NCBI GenBank assembly: GCA_963814035.1
Contig: CAWFBH010000002.1
Span: forward strand, 118,691 to 182,690
From: an uncultured delta proteobacterium
GTDB taxonomy: Bacteria > Desulfobacterota > Binatia > Binatales > Binataceae
Direction: 5' to 3'
Length of the DNA: 64,000 bases
Below are positions 9,951-19,713 of the stretch, one piece after another. The position numbers were made by a program, and so were the translations under genes. Under the pieces are notes generated by a model. The model searched no databases. It was given only the letters and a program-made list of their open reading frames with translations, and was not told where the DNA came from. Every line of letters starts with the position of its first letter. Positions within the stretch are counted from its first letter, which is position 1.

Positions 9951-10430
9951 CTACTGCTCCGCCAGCATCGCGCGCGCCTTCACGATGATCTCGCGATCGC
10001 TCTTGTAACTCGCCAGATGCTCCGCTTCCTCGATATTTACCCACCGCACCTCGTCCATCTCGTGGTCGTGTGCATCGAGGCTGCCGCCGCGCGGCTCCAT
10101 CAGGAAGTAGTGGACGTTCTTGAAGATGCGCACCAGCGGCTTGCCCGGCGCGTCGCGCCATGAAAACACGTAGGAGATTTTTCCTACTTCCGCGCCGGGC
10201 GTGACCTCGAGGCCGGTTTCCTCGCGCGTTTCCCGCGCCGCAGTCTCGATGAGCGTCTCGCCCGGATTGGGCTGTCCCTTCGGCAACACCCACGCGTCCT
10301 TTCGAGCCGGGCGCGCGAGCACGATTTCCAGCCTGTCGTGCGCGCGACGCCACACCACGCCGCCCGCCGACGTTTCATGGCGCCGCTCGATATCGTCCGA
10401 TGTGCTCTTTCTCTTTTCTTTCGCCGCCAT
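9951..10430 (-). CDS. Nudix hydrolase
   Basis: SAGGVV, LPKG and Nudix box GQPNPGETLIETAARETREETGL; likely start MAAKEK at 10430. Confidence 0.92.
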   Translation of the reverse strand: MAAKEKRKSTSDDIERRHETSAGGVVWRRAHDRLEIVLARPARKDAWVLPKGQPNPGETLIETAARETREETGLEVTPGAEVGKISYVFSWRDAPGKPLVRIFKNVHYFLMEPRGGSLDAHDHEMDEVRWVNIEEAEHLASYKSDREIIVKARAMLAEQ

Positions 10431-10441
10431 CAATTCGCCTC

Positions 10442-12606
10442 CTACCCCACATCCGCGAGGCTGAACCCCATCGCCAGCATCTTCTTCAATGCCGCCTTCG
10501 CCCCGCGCGAGGCCGCCGTCGCCAGCTTCGCGTCGGTCTTCAGCCATTCCTCCGCCATCGCGCGCGCCCGCCCTATCATCATGGGATCATTGACGTAACG
10601 AAGAAACCGCAGCGGCAATGCGCCGGTCTGCCGCGCCCCGAGGAGGTCGCCCGGCCCGCGCAGGTCGAGGTCGGCCTGCGCCACCGCATTTCCGGTCGTG
10701 CATTCGATCATCACCTGGAGCCGCGCGCGCGCCACATCATCCGCCTCGCGCGACATGACGAGGCAACATCGCGAGGCCGCCGCTCCGCGCCCTACCCTGC
10801 CCGCGCAGCTGATGCAACTGCGCGAGGCCGTATCGCTCCGCCGCGATAATCGCAATCACCGTCGCCTCCGGCACGTCGATTCCCACCTCCACCACCGTGG
10901 TCGCAATCAGCACCTTGATGATACCGTCGCGAAACTCGCGCATCACGCGGTCTTTCTCGACGCCCTTCATCCGCCCGTGCAGGATGCCGATGCCGGCGGC
11001 GCGCAGCGGGCCCTTTTTCATCCGCGCCGCCATCGCGTTCACCGTCTTCACTTCCGCATCTTCGTCATCGTCATCATTGTCGATGAGCGGCAGCACGTAG
11101 TACGCGCGATGGCCACGCGCGATTTCATCGGCGACAATCGCATCGACCGTATCGAGGCGATCTTCCGGGATAAATCTCGGTCGCGATCGGCGTGCGCCCC
11201 GGTGGCAGCTCGTCGAGCACCGAGACGTCGAGGTTGGCGAACAGCGACATCGCGAGCGAGCGCGGAATCGGCGTCGCCGTCATCATCAGCACGTTGGCCT
11301 TGGGCCCCAGCGCTTTCAGCTTCGCGCGATCGAACACGCCGAAGCGATGCTGCTCGTCAACGATCCCCAGCCCCAGCTTCGCGACGCGGACGTTTTGCTG
11401 GATGAGCGCCTGGGTGCCGAATGCGATCGGCAAATCGCCGCGCGCCAGATCGCGCATCGTCGCGGTTCGCGCGCCGCCCGCGATCCTCGCGGTGAGCAGC
11501 TCGCTGCGGATGCTCAGCCCGCCGCATAGTTTCCGAAAGCTTCGATGGTGCTGCTCGGCGAGCAGCTCGGTGGGCGCCATCATGATGGCCTGCGCGCCCG
11601 ACTCGACCGCGCGCAGCATCGCCCAGAACGCGACCGCGGTTTTGCCGCTGCCGACGTCGCCGATGAGGATGCGATTCATCTGGCGCGGCGCGGCGAGGTC
11701 GGCGCCAATCTCCTCGAGGGTGCGGCGCTGCGCGCCGGTCATCTGAAACGGAATCGCCTCGATAAACCGGTCTGTCAGCGGCACAGGCTTTAGCCTGTGT
11801 TCTTCTCCCCCTCGCAACTCCATCCCCGGACGTTTCTTCGATCTCTCCCGCTCGATACACATCGCCAGCTCGAACCCGTAGAGCTCATCGAAGGCGAGCG
11901 TGCGATGCCCCATCGAGCGCCCCTTCGCCAGCTCCTTCAAATCGGCCTCGGCGGGTGGGCGATGCAGATGCTCCAGCGCCTCGCAATCGTCGGGAACTCG
12001 CCGGCGAGGCGCTGCGGCTCGGGAATCGCCCCCGCGATCTTCGGCGCGGCCTGGTCGAGCGCCGTCGCGACCATCGACGCATAGAGGCGTTGCGGAATGC
12101 CCTCGGGAATCCGATAGACCGGCCGCACCGGACTCCCCTTGTCGTTTGCCTCCGCGACCGCGCAGCTCGGGCTGCACCATTTCCACATGCTCGTCGGCCG
12201 CCTTGGTGACGCGCCCGTACGCGGCGACGCGGAGGCCATCGGGCATCTTGCCGCGCATGTACGACGGCAGGTTGAACCACACCAGCCGAAGCTGCGCGCC
12301 GGCCGCATCGGTGAGCGAGGCGGTGACGAGGCGACGCCAGCGCGCGCCGGGCATCGGGCGCTCGCGAACGCCCGAGAGCGTGCCCTCGACGACCGCGATG
12401 GTGCCGGGTTCGAGTTGCGCGATGGTCCTGCGCTCGCGCCAGTCCTGGTAGCGCGCGGGCAGATGAAACAGGAGGTCCTCGATGGTGATGATGCCCTTGT
12501 TATTGAGGGCCTCGGCGCGTTTGGGCCCAATCCCCGCCATCGCCGCGATGGGGGTTTTTAAGGTGAGCGGTTTTATGGAATCCGCGACCGACGAGCCGGC
12601 AACCAT
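10442..12606 (-). CDS. recG: ATP-dependent DNA helicase RecG (four single-base frameshifts near 12160, 11985, 11160, 10800)
   Basis: GIGPKRA..TIEDLLFHLPARY wedge start, GDVGSGKT, MAPTELLAEQH, DEQHRFGV, MTATPIPRSL, TTVVEVGIDVP, QLRGRVGR after frame correction, DLDLRGPG. Confidence 0.92.
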
Positions 12607-12646
12607 CGCCAATTATTCAGTCCGAAACTCTCTCCGATATCCATAA

Positions 12647-12691
12647 CCCTCTCCCCATAGGGAGAGGTCGGCGCGCAGCGCCGGGTGAGGG
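12647..12691. repeat. REP-like palindromic element
   Basis: CCTCTCCC-CATA-GGGAGAGG hairpin followed by GGCGCGCAGCGCC and GGGTGAGGG. Confidence 0.7.
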
Positions 12692-12789
12692 TCCTTACGA
12701 ATATAATTCCTCTTCCGCTTCTGCTTGCCCTTGTCTGTCGCCCCTGAAACGAAGTGAAGGGATCTACGCGCAGGATGCTGCGTGCGCGC

Positions 12790-12818
12790 TTGGCTCCTCT
12801 ATTGAACGTATATACAAT
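12790..12818 (+). promoter_or_regulatory. Putative sigma70 promoter of brnT-brnA
   Basis: TTGGCT (12790-95), 17 bp spacer, TACAAT (12813-18), 14 bp before the ATG. Confidence 0.5.
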
Positions 12819-12832
12819 ACATCCATACAACG

Positions 12833-13108
12833 ATGGTCTTCGAATGGGACGCCGGCAAGAATGCCGCCAATCTCGCGAAACACGGCATCGATTTCGAGGA
12901 CGCCATCGGCATCTTCGACGGCCCGATTCTGGAAAGACCCGATGAGCGGCGCGACTATGGCGAACATCGCATCATCGCATTCGGGGTCGTCGAAGATCGC
13001 GAACTAGCCGTGGTCTATACCGTCCGCGGCACGCACCGCAGGATCATTTCCGCAAGGAGGGCGCATAGACATGAGCGCAAAGAATACCGTGACGCGTACC
13101 CAAAATAG
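12833..13108 (+). CDS. brnT: BrnT family toxin
   Basis: FEWDAGKNAANLAKHGIDF, RRDYGEHR, RIISARRA. Confidence 0.92.
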   Translation: MVFEWDAGKNAANLAKHGIDFEDAIGIFDGPILERPDERRDYGEHRIIAFGVVEDRELAVVYTVRGTHRRIISARRAHRHERKEYRDAYPK

Positions 13109-13382
13109 CCGCCGTCGAGGCAAAACCGACTGGGCGCGCGTCGATGCTCTTAGCGACCGCAAGATCGAGCAGGCCATCCGCTCCGACCCGGATGCTGCGC
13201 CGCTTCTCGACCGCAAGTGGTTCGCGAAAGCGACCTTGGTGATGCCGGAACCAAAGGTGCCGATCTCCCTGCGAATCGATCGCGACGTGGTGGATTGGTT
13301 CAAGGCGCATGGCAAGCGGTACCAATCGCGCATGAACGCGGTGTTGAAGGCGTACATGCAAGCGCATCGCAAGGCGGGATGA
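13071..13382 (+). CDS. brnA: BrnA family antitoxin
   Basis: TDWARV...DPDAAP; RHH C-terminus ISLRIDRDVVDWFK..G.RYQSRMNAVLK; overlaps brnT. Confidence 0.92.
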   Translation: MSAKNTVTRTQNSRRRGKTDWARVDALSDRKIEQAIRSDPDAAPLLDRKWFAKATLVMPEPKVPISLRIDRDVVDWFKAHGKRYQSRMNAVLKAYMQAHRKAG

Positions 13383-13383
13383 A

Positions 13384-13519
13384 CCTCGACGGTGACGAAG
13401 CCCTTGTTATTGAGGGCCTCGGCGCGTTTGGGCCCGATCCCCGCCATCGCCGCGATGGGAGTTTTAAGGGTGAGCGGTTTTATGGAATCCGCGACCGACG
13501 AGCCGGCAACCATCGCCAA
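13384..13519 (-). repeat. Duplicated 5' end of recG (stub 1, 136 bp)
   Basis: Aligns without gaps to 12477-12612 with a few substitutions; truncated end lies next to the brnA stop codon. Confidence 0.95.
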
Positions 13520-13532
13520 CATCCTAATAGTC

Positions 13533-13614
13533 CCTTCTCTCGCTCGCGAGAGAAGGTGACAGGCGCGGTTCTCGCAATGGCTTCGCAGCGAGAAGCGTGA
13601 CTGGCGGATGAGAG
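13533..13614. repeat. REP-like palindromic element
   Basis: CCTTCTCTCG-CTCG-CGAGAGAAGG hairpin, inner TTCTCGC..GCGAGAA arms, ends CGGATGAGAG. Confidence 0.7.
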
Positions 13615-13625
13615 TGCGCGCCTCG

Positions 13626-13660
13626 CACGACGGTACCGAATGCGGTATCATCTCGTCGTG
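13626..13660 (+). promoter_or_regulatory. Putative HicB operator / promoter palindrome
   Basis: TACCG-AATG-CGGTA nested in CACGACG...CGTCGTG, directly at the hicA start. Confidence 0.5.
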
Positions 13661-13915
13661 AGCCGATGGCAAGACCTTGTCGAGTCGGCACGCGCGAGCC
13701 CCGCGAACGTTCGTTTCCGCGATTTATGCGGCTTGCTCGTCCGAACCGGTTACGCACTCGACCGGAAGCACGGTTCGCACCTGATATACCGCCACCCGTC
13801 CCGGCGAGACCTGCCGATCGTGAATCTTCAGGAAGGCCAGGCCGGCAAAGCCAAGCCATATCAGGTGCGGCAGGTTTTGGGACTGATAGATGCGAACAAA
13901 CTTGAGGTGAAGTGA
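13658..13915 (+). CDS. hicA: HicA family toxin
   Basis: PANVRFRDLCGLL...RKHGSHLIYRHP...KAKPYQVRQV; GSH motif; GTG start. Confidence 0.88.
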   Translation: MSRWQDLVESARASPANVRFRDLCGLLVRTGYALDRKHGSHLIYRHPSRRDLPIVNLQEGQAGKAKPYQVRQVLGLIDANKLEVK

Positions 13916-14313
13916 TGGCCGAACCCTTCAACTATCGCGTGGTCGTGGAATGGAGCGCAGAGGACGATGCATTCGTCGCCCGGGTGCCCGCGCTGCCGGG
14001 TTGCGCGGCCCACGGTCGCACGCCGGAATCTGCTACGCGCGAGGCCGTGAAAGCGGCGCGGGGGATCCTCGAATCGATGCACGCGCACGGCGACACGCTC
14101 CCGATTTCCGACATAGTCGCGGGTCATTCCGGGCAATTGCGCCTTCGCCTTCCTCGCTCGCTGCACGAGCGGCTAAGCCGGATGGCCGCCCTCGATGGCG
14201 TTTCGCTGAATCAGGAACTGGTAGCCCTGCTCGCATCGAGCGCTGGAGCGAAAACGGAACTGGCAACGCGCTCTCGCCGGGCGCGTAAGCGTCAGCCCTC
14301 AGCTCGCATGTAA
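13915..14313 (+). CDS. hicB: HicB family antitoxin
   Basis: WSAEDDAFVARVPALPGCAAHGRT; RHH region GQLRLRLPRSLHERL...GVSLNQ; TGATG coupling to hicA. Confidence 0.9.
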   Translation: MAEPFNYRVVVEWSAEDDAFVARVPALPGCAAHGRTPESATREAVKAARGILESMHAHGDTLPISDIVAGHSGQLRLRLPRSLHERLSRMAALDGVSLNQELVALLASSAGAKTELATRSRRARKRQPSARM

Positions 14314-14490
14314 GCGCTGCGGCAGATGTAACAGGAGGTCCTCGATGGTGATGATGCCCTTGCTATTGAGGGCCTCGGCGCGTTTGGGCCCGATCCCCGC
14401 CATCGCCGCGATGGGGGTTTTTGAGGTGAGCGGTTTTATGGAATCCGCGACGGACGAGCCGGCAACCATCGCTAACTATTCAGTCCGAAA
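14314..14490 (-). repeat. Duplicated 5' end of recG plus leader (stub 2, 177 bp)
   Basis: Aligns without gaps to 12451-12627 including upstream TTTCGGACTGAATA; begins at the base after the hicB stop. Confidence 0.95.
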
Positions 14491-14586
14491 GTCACGATGA
14501 AACAAAGATCCCAACGAGCGACGTGATACAATCAGCGGCAGCCGTATCGAGGGGAACGTATGCCAACATTTTGGCGGTGATGAACT

Positions 14587-16350
14587 ATGACACTAGATCC
14601 TATGATGTCGCTAGCGCTGGCGATGCAATCCAACCGAAACGCGTATTAGATTCTCTCGGCTCAGGAATTTCACGACCAGCCCCAGGATACCTACCGGCTG
14701 GGAGGTCGTGTAGAGGATCTGATAAGAAAAGTAGCAATCCTGCGAGGGGAAAATTGCGATGAAAACCCCGCGGATTGGTATTCGCGGAACTTCGGGGTAC
14801 CAGCGAATTACTCGGAATTGCTGGCTCTCCTAGCCACCGGAACCGCCGAGCGAAGAAGGCTGCTGAGGCAGTATTTCGAGCCAACCAAACAAGAAGCCTC
14901 GCAGGGAATAAAGACTCCTACCAAAGCTCACAAGAAGATCGCGCGCCTTGTCGCCTTGGGCTACGTAAAAGTAGTCATCACCACCAATTTTGATCGCCTG
15001 ATGGAAACGGCGCTCGATTCAGAAGGAGTAGTGCCCACTGTTATCAGCACCAGGCCGACGCGGTCGCCGGGGCGGATCCGATCGCGAACAGCATCTGTTA
15101 CCTCGTCAAAATTAACGGCGACTATATGGACGCCCGAATCCGCAATACGGTTGAAGAGTTAACGACTTATGACCCGAAACTGAATGCCTTGCTCGACCGT
15201 ATTTTTGACGAGTTCGGAATTGTAGTGTGTGGCTGGTCAGCCAACTGGGACATTGCCCTACGTGCCGCGATTGAGCGTTGCCCAACTCGAAGATTTACAA
15301 CATATTGGGCTCTCGCGGTAAGACAACCGAAGAAGCTGAAAAGCTCATCGCGCTTCGACGCGCCCAAGTCATAGCGACTAGTGGGGCCGACAATTCTTTA
15401 GCGAAATCGTCGAGAAAATCGATTCACTGGAGACCCTCAAGGGCCCCACCCACTGTCACCGAAGATGGCATCAGAGAGCGTTAAGCGATATCTAGAGGAT
15501 AGCGCTCGGCGAATTGAGCTCTTCGATCTTGTCAATCGTGAAACCGAGAAGGTTATCCCGCAGTTATCCCTGACTCATTTTCCCGTTCAAACTCCGTTCA
15601 GCCCGACGAGCTTGAGAAACGCTTGAAACGTTACGAATCAATAGTGTCGGTTATTTCAGTCGATCATCACTATTGGCTGTTTCTGGGGAAAACAAGAGCA
15701 GTCGGAGGTCAGGGTCCGAATGATGCAGCGCAGTGAGCAAACCGTATTCCCCGGCAGGAGGAGAGGGAGATTTGGAGAAACCTTCGACTCTATCCGACGC
15801 TATTCCTAATGTACGCGGGGGTGTTGCAGCCGTCGCATCGCGCAACTGAGAGAGAGAGAGAGAGCCTTTTGAGGAGACAGACGGTCCGTAATGGGAGCCG
15901 AAGAACACAAAAAAGATGTAAACCCATCCAACGAGGTGACTGACTGGAACACAATCAGAACGGCCAGGCTCGGAAGACGCATAACGGCCCTGGTCAGCGA
16001 TCACTTGCTTAATGTTTTGCGGGAGCCCTTGAGAGAATTTCTGCCTTCCGATTCAGACTATGAAGCAAGTTTGGAATCAGTTCGAGTATTTCGCAGGTTT
16101 ACTTTATGTTCATATTACCAATAACGCCGATTGGGCCCCCGTCGGGCGTTTAGTTTGGCGTAACTTTCTCTATAACCGGGGCAAGATCCGCATGGCGGAT
16201 GACGTAGAAAAGAAAAATGCGCAGCAGCCGAGAAAGAGTTGGCCGCCGATCGAAGCCGGTCTCTTTAATGGATCCACCGAGAGATTCGGCGAGGTTGGTG
16301 AAGCATACCGAATAAATTTCCGAAATGGTCGCGCCGCAGATGGCTTGGGC
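14587..16350 (+). pseudogene. Decayed SIR2-like domain protein
   Basis: Fragments in shifting frames: MTLDPMMSLALAMQSN, LGSGISR, PTGWEVV, VITTNFDRLME, KINGDY, VVCGWSANWD, FEYFAGL, WAPVGR; many frameshifts; visibly lower GC; 3' end approximate. Confidence 0.75.
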
Positions 16351-16369
16351 GTAACAATCAGTCGTACAA

Positions 16370-16650
16370 AGCTTGAGCTGGAGTTGTTCCTGATGCGCGC
16401 CGAGACGTTGGTTGTCCAGGACGACGATTGCGACGGGTTGTGCGCCCTCGAATGCGCCGAGGAACCATCCGCCGCGATCGAAACATTCGGGCAGGATCGT
16501 GGTGTATTTTTCCGCTTCGCCGGGAGGCCATCCAGGGGTCTCGACGTGATGAGGCCGCAGCACGAGCCAGTGGTCTTCGACGCGATAGGTGTTCTCGATC
16601 GTCTCGCCACGAGGTCGATGCTCCGCTTCGACGATCAGACTCTATAGATC
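16370..16650 (-). pseudogene. Truncated GNAT acetyltransferase-like fragment
   Basis: RGETIENTYRVED..GWPPGEAEKYTTIL..FDRGGWFLGAFEG..VLDN..QLQLK, then homology appears to break; boundaries approximate. Confidence 0.5.
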
Positions 16651-16818
16651 GAACTAATTGGCGTGAACGTTTGATCTGAACGCCCTTAAGAGGTGCGGGC
16701 CAGCCAACAACGCCTTTAGGCTTTTTCTCCTGCTGCGTGGGCGGCGGAATTGGACGATCGGAAGGAGGTTCGCAACCGGCTTGCCATGACGCGTGACGAG
16801 GGTAGGTCGCGTAAGCTG

Positions 16819-17652
16819 CTAGCCGGGGACATCGACGCGGACGGTGTCGATGCGGGCGGTCGATTTGCCGCGCATCAGATCCTCGTGGGTGGTTTCCGCG
16901 CTGATGCAAAAGAGGGTGAGGCCATCATCGCCACCGAGGGCGCATGCGACCGCGCGGCGGCCTTTGACCGAAATCCTGTCGAGCACGTGCCCTTTCGCAT
17001 CGACGCGCACGAACGCATCTTCCTGAAACAGGCTGGTCCACACCGCGCCCTCGCGATCGAGGCAGATGCCGTCGGGCTCGGTGAAACTGCCGAAGCGCCG
17101 CGAAAGATCGAGGGAGCCATCCGCGGCGATGGCGAAAGCCGCGAGGCGGTTGCCGTCGCTCTCCGCCACGACTAACCGTAGCCCCTGCTCCGACACCGCG
17201 ATGCCGTTGGGAAAATGCAGCGCCTTGGCCACCACTCGCGCGTCGCCAGCGGGCGTTACCAGGATGATTTGGCCGTTCTCATGGCTGCCGCCCTTCATCA
17301 GATCGAAGCCGAGATCGCCCACATAGATGCGCCCGAAGCCGTCGATGATCATATCGTCGATGGTGCCGGCGGCGACGTTCGAGAGATCGCGCAGGGTCGA
17401 GACCTGGCCATTGGCGAAAGTCAGCAGCTTGCGATCGAACATCGAGGTGATGACCGGGTCGCCGTTGGGCAGGAATCCGATGCCGCCCGCGATGCCGGGG
17501 ATTTCGCACACCGTCTCGCATTTGCCATCGAGGGACACGCGCAGCAACTTCCGCGCGAGGCTATCGACGAACCATAGTTTGCCGTCGTGCCAACGCGGCC
17601 CCTCGAAATACCTGCCCGCGGTGACCAGCGGCTTCAGCTCGGTGTATTCCAT
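16819..17652 (-). CDS. SMP-30/gluconolactonase/LRE family protein
   Basis: FEGPRWHDGKLWFVD, DDMIID, FPNGIAV, PDGICLDREG. Confidence 0.92.
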   Translation of the reverse strand: MEYTELKPLVTAGRYFEGPRWHDGKLWFVDSLARKLLRVSLDGKCETVCEIPGIAGGIGFLPNGDPVITSMFDRKLLTFANGQVSTLRDLSNVAAGTIDDMIIDGFGRIYVGDLGFDLMKGGSHENGQIILVTPAGDARVVAKALHFPNGIAVSEQGLRLVVAESDGNRLAAFAIAADGSLDLSRRFGSFTEPDGICLDREGAVWTSLFQEDAFVRVDAKGHVLDRISVKGRRAVACALGGDDGLTLFCISAETTHEDLMRGKSTARIDTVRVDVPG

Positions 17653-17662
17653 CGTGGTCTCG

Positions 17663-18037
17663 TTATGCGCCGTGCTTCGCGCGCTTCACTTTGCGGCGGA
17701 CTGGTCTCGCGGAGCGGGAACGCTGACGTGACTCGAAAAACGCGCGCAGGACATTGTTCATCCGGGTCTGATAGCCCTCCCCGGTCTGCTTGAACCAATG
17801 GAGCACGTCACTATCGATGCGAATGTGAATGTCCTTCTTGCGCGGAGGCAGCCCTTTGAAGGCTTTGGTCCAATCGAGTTCCTCGTGGATGTCGTCGGGG
17901 TCGGCAGCGATGGAAGCCTCGAGCTCCTCCTCCGTCATGGCATCCACTTTTTTCCAGTCGGTACGACTTTCGCCGCGCTGTCGCATCGCATTTATCTCGT
18001 CAAGGGTATAGCTCACGGTATCGTCTTTCTTCCGCAT
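17663..18037 (-). CDS. brnA: BrnA family antitoxin (second copy)
   Basis: RTDWKKVDAM..IAADPD; IHIRIDSDVLHWFKQTGEGYQTRMNNVLR. Confidence 0.9.
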   Translation of the reverse strand: MRKKDDTVSYTLDEINAMRQRGESRTDWKKVDAMTEEELEASIAADPDDIHEELDWTKAFKGLPPRKKDIHIRIDSDVLHWFKQTGEGYQTRMNNVLRAFFESRQRSRSARPVRRKVKRAKHGA

Positions 18038-18278
18038 CTCTCGCTCTCCTCATGGTGATGATCCGAATCTTCTCGCCACGCGAGCACCAGACTACGGCCA
18101 CCATTCGGCCGTTCAGTTCCGCGACATTCAACCAGCGTTCTTCATCCGCGCGAGGCGAAGGTTCCGACAACGCCGGTCTTCCGTCGAAAATGTCGACCGC
18201 GTCAAGGAAATCCAAGCCTCTCTCCTTGAAGACCTTGAGTCTTTTGGCTTCAGACCATTCGAAGTCTTCGAACGTCAT
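18000..18278 (-). CDS. brnT: BrnT family toxin (second copy)
   Basis: FEWSEAKR..RGLDF..EERW..VVW..RIITMRRAR. Confidence 0.9.
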   Translation of the reverse strand: MTFEDFEWSEAKRLKVFKERGLDFLDAVDIFDGRPALSEPSPRADEERWLNVAELNGRMVAVVWCSRGEKIRIITMRRARDAEERRYRELYP

Positions 18279-18280
18279 AA

Positions 18281-18310
18281 CTATGTATCCATAAACGTGT
18301 ACATAGTCAA
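18281..18310 (-). promoter_or_regulatory. Putative promoter with inverted-repeat operator for second brnTA
   Basis: CTATGTA-N12-TACATAG inverted repeat overlapping TTGACT (-35-like) just upstream of the ATG. Confidence 0.55.
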
Positions 18311-18328
18311 ACCAAGACGCGCGTGAGA

Positions 18329-19572
18329 CTAGATGATTTTGTCGCGGCGCAGTTGCTCCAGGTCATTCGGCGACACGCCCAGCACGTCGCCATAGATACG
18401 CTGGTTGTCGGCGCCGATGCCGACCGAGCCACGCCAAATCTTTCCGGGCGTGGCGGAGAACTTCGGCGCGATGCCGATGCCTTTGACGCGCCCGACCTGT
18501 TCGTCTTCCCACTCGATGTGCATCCCGCGCGCCTTGTAGTGGGGATTTTGCGCGACGTCCCTGCTCGACATGATGGGCGCGCACGGCACCTTCACCTCGT
18601 TCATCGCGTGGACGACCTCGGCGGCGGTGTGTTCGCTGATCCATCCGCGCAGGAGCGCATCCCATTCGATGCCTTCGATGGTTTCGATCTGGATGCGGGC
18701 GCTTTCCATTTTTCTTCGGCGGGATCGAGGCCGATGACGCGGGTGACGGCGTCGAATTTCTCCTCGCCCAGCGCGCCGAGGACGATCCATCCGTCGCTGG
18801 CCTGGAACGCGTCGAGGGGCTGGAAGCCCTGCGCGCGATTGCCGGAGCGTTCGCGCACGATGTCGTTGCGGAAATATTCGAGCATCGTTCCGCCGAGGGT
18901 TTTGTGGATGGCTTCGTTTTGCGCGACGTCGATGGACTGGCCCTTGCCGGTCGAACGCGCGTAGGTCAGCCCGGCGAGCGAGGACCATAGGGTGAACATC
19001 GCGGTCATGTAGTCGCCGATCCAGGGCGCGGCGCGCATCGGCGGTTCGGGATCGGGCGAGCCGGTTTGAAACATGGTGCCGCTGACGGCCTGCCCCACGA
19101 TGTCGTAGGAGGCGCGGTTGACCCAGTCGGGATCGCCATTTTGCCCGAAACCGGAGACGTGGGTGATGACGAGCTTCGGGTTGACCTTCCACACGCTGGC
19201 ATCGTCGAGGCCCCATCGCGAGTAGGAGCCGGGCTTGGAGCTTTCCATCCAGATGTCGGCGCGGGCGGCCATCTTCAGGAAGAGCGCCTTGCCGCGGGGC
19301 TGGGAAAAATCGAGGGTGACGCAAAAGACGTTGCGGCGCTCCTGGATGAAGTTGGTCGAAACCGGCGCGGCGCCGTCTTTGGCCTCGAAGCGGATGCCGA
19401 TGGTGCGCCATCCGGCGTCGCCGGAGCCGGGGCGCTCGACCTGGATGACCTCGGCGCCCATTTCAGCGGCCAATTCAGCCGCGAAGGGCTGGGCTATCAA
19501 GGTGCCGGTGGAGACAATCTTTACGCCTTGCAGGGGGCCAAAAGCCTCGGGCACCAGGGTCTTTTCGGGCAT
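18329..19572 (-). CDS. CaiB/BaiF class III CoA-transferase, one frameshift near 18705
   Basis: LQGVKIV, EMGAEVIQVERPG, RNVFCVTLD, ITHVSGFGQNG, APWIGDY; C-terminal half in ORF 18329..19411 (KVPCAPI, GIAPKFSATPG). Confidence 0.88.
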
Positions 19573-19713
19573 TCCATCCGCCTCATGCTTAAAATTAGTG
19601 AAGAATCATGCCCCGTTTGCATCGAGGCGGGCAACCGAGGCGCATCGACGCAGCCTCGTGACGGCGTTGGCCGCCTTTCGGGCGCGGGATATTATGACAG
19701 CGGATTTTCCACG

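Noticed and set aside
12721-12795. Degenerate second repeat type (TGTC..CTGAAACGAAGTGAAGGGATCT..)
   Set aside because: Resembles a REP-like element from recall, but is single-copy here and too degenerate to delimit.
12451-14490. CRISPR-like or integron attC interpretation of the three repeats
   Set aside because: Repeats are 136-177 bp of recG coding sequence with gene-sized intervals; no cas or integrase gene, and no attC-type structure.
15848-15864. (GA)8 tract as a phase-variation switch for the SIR2 gene
   Set aside because: The gene has many other lesions, so slippage at this tract could not restore it.
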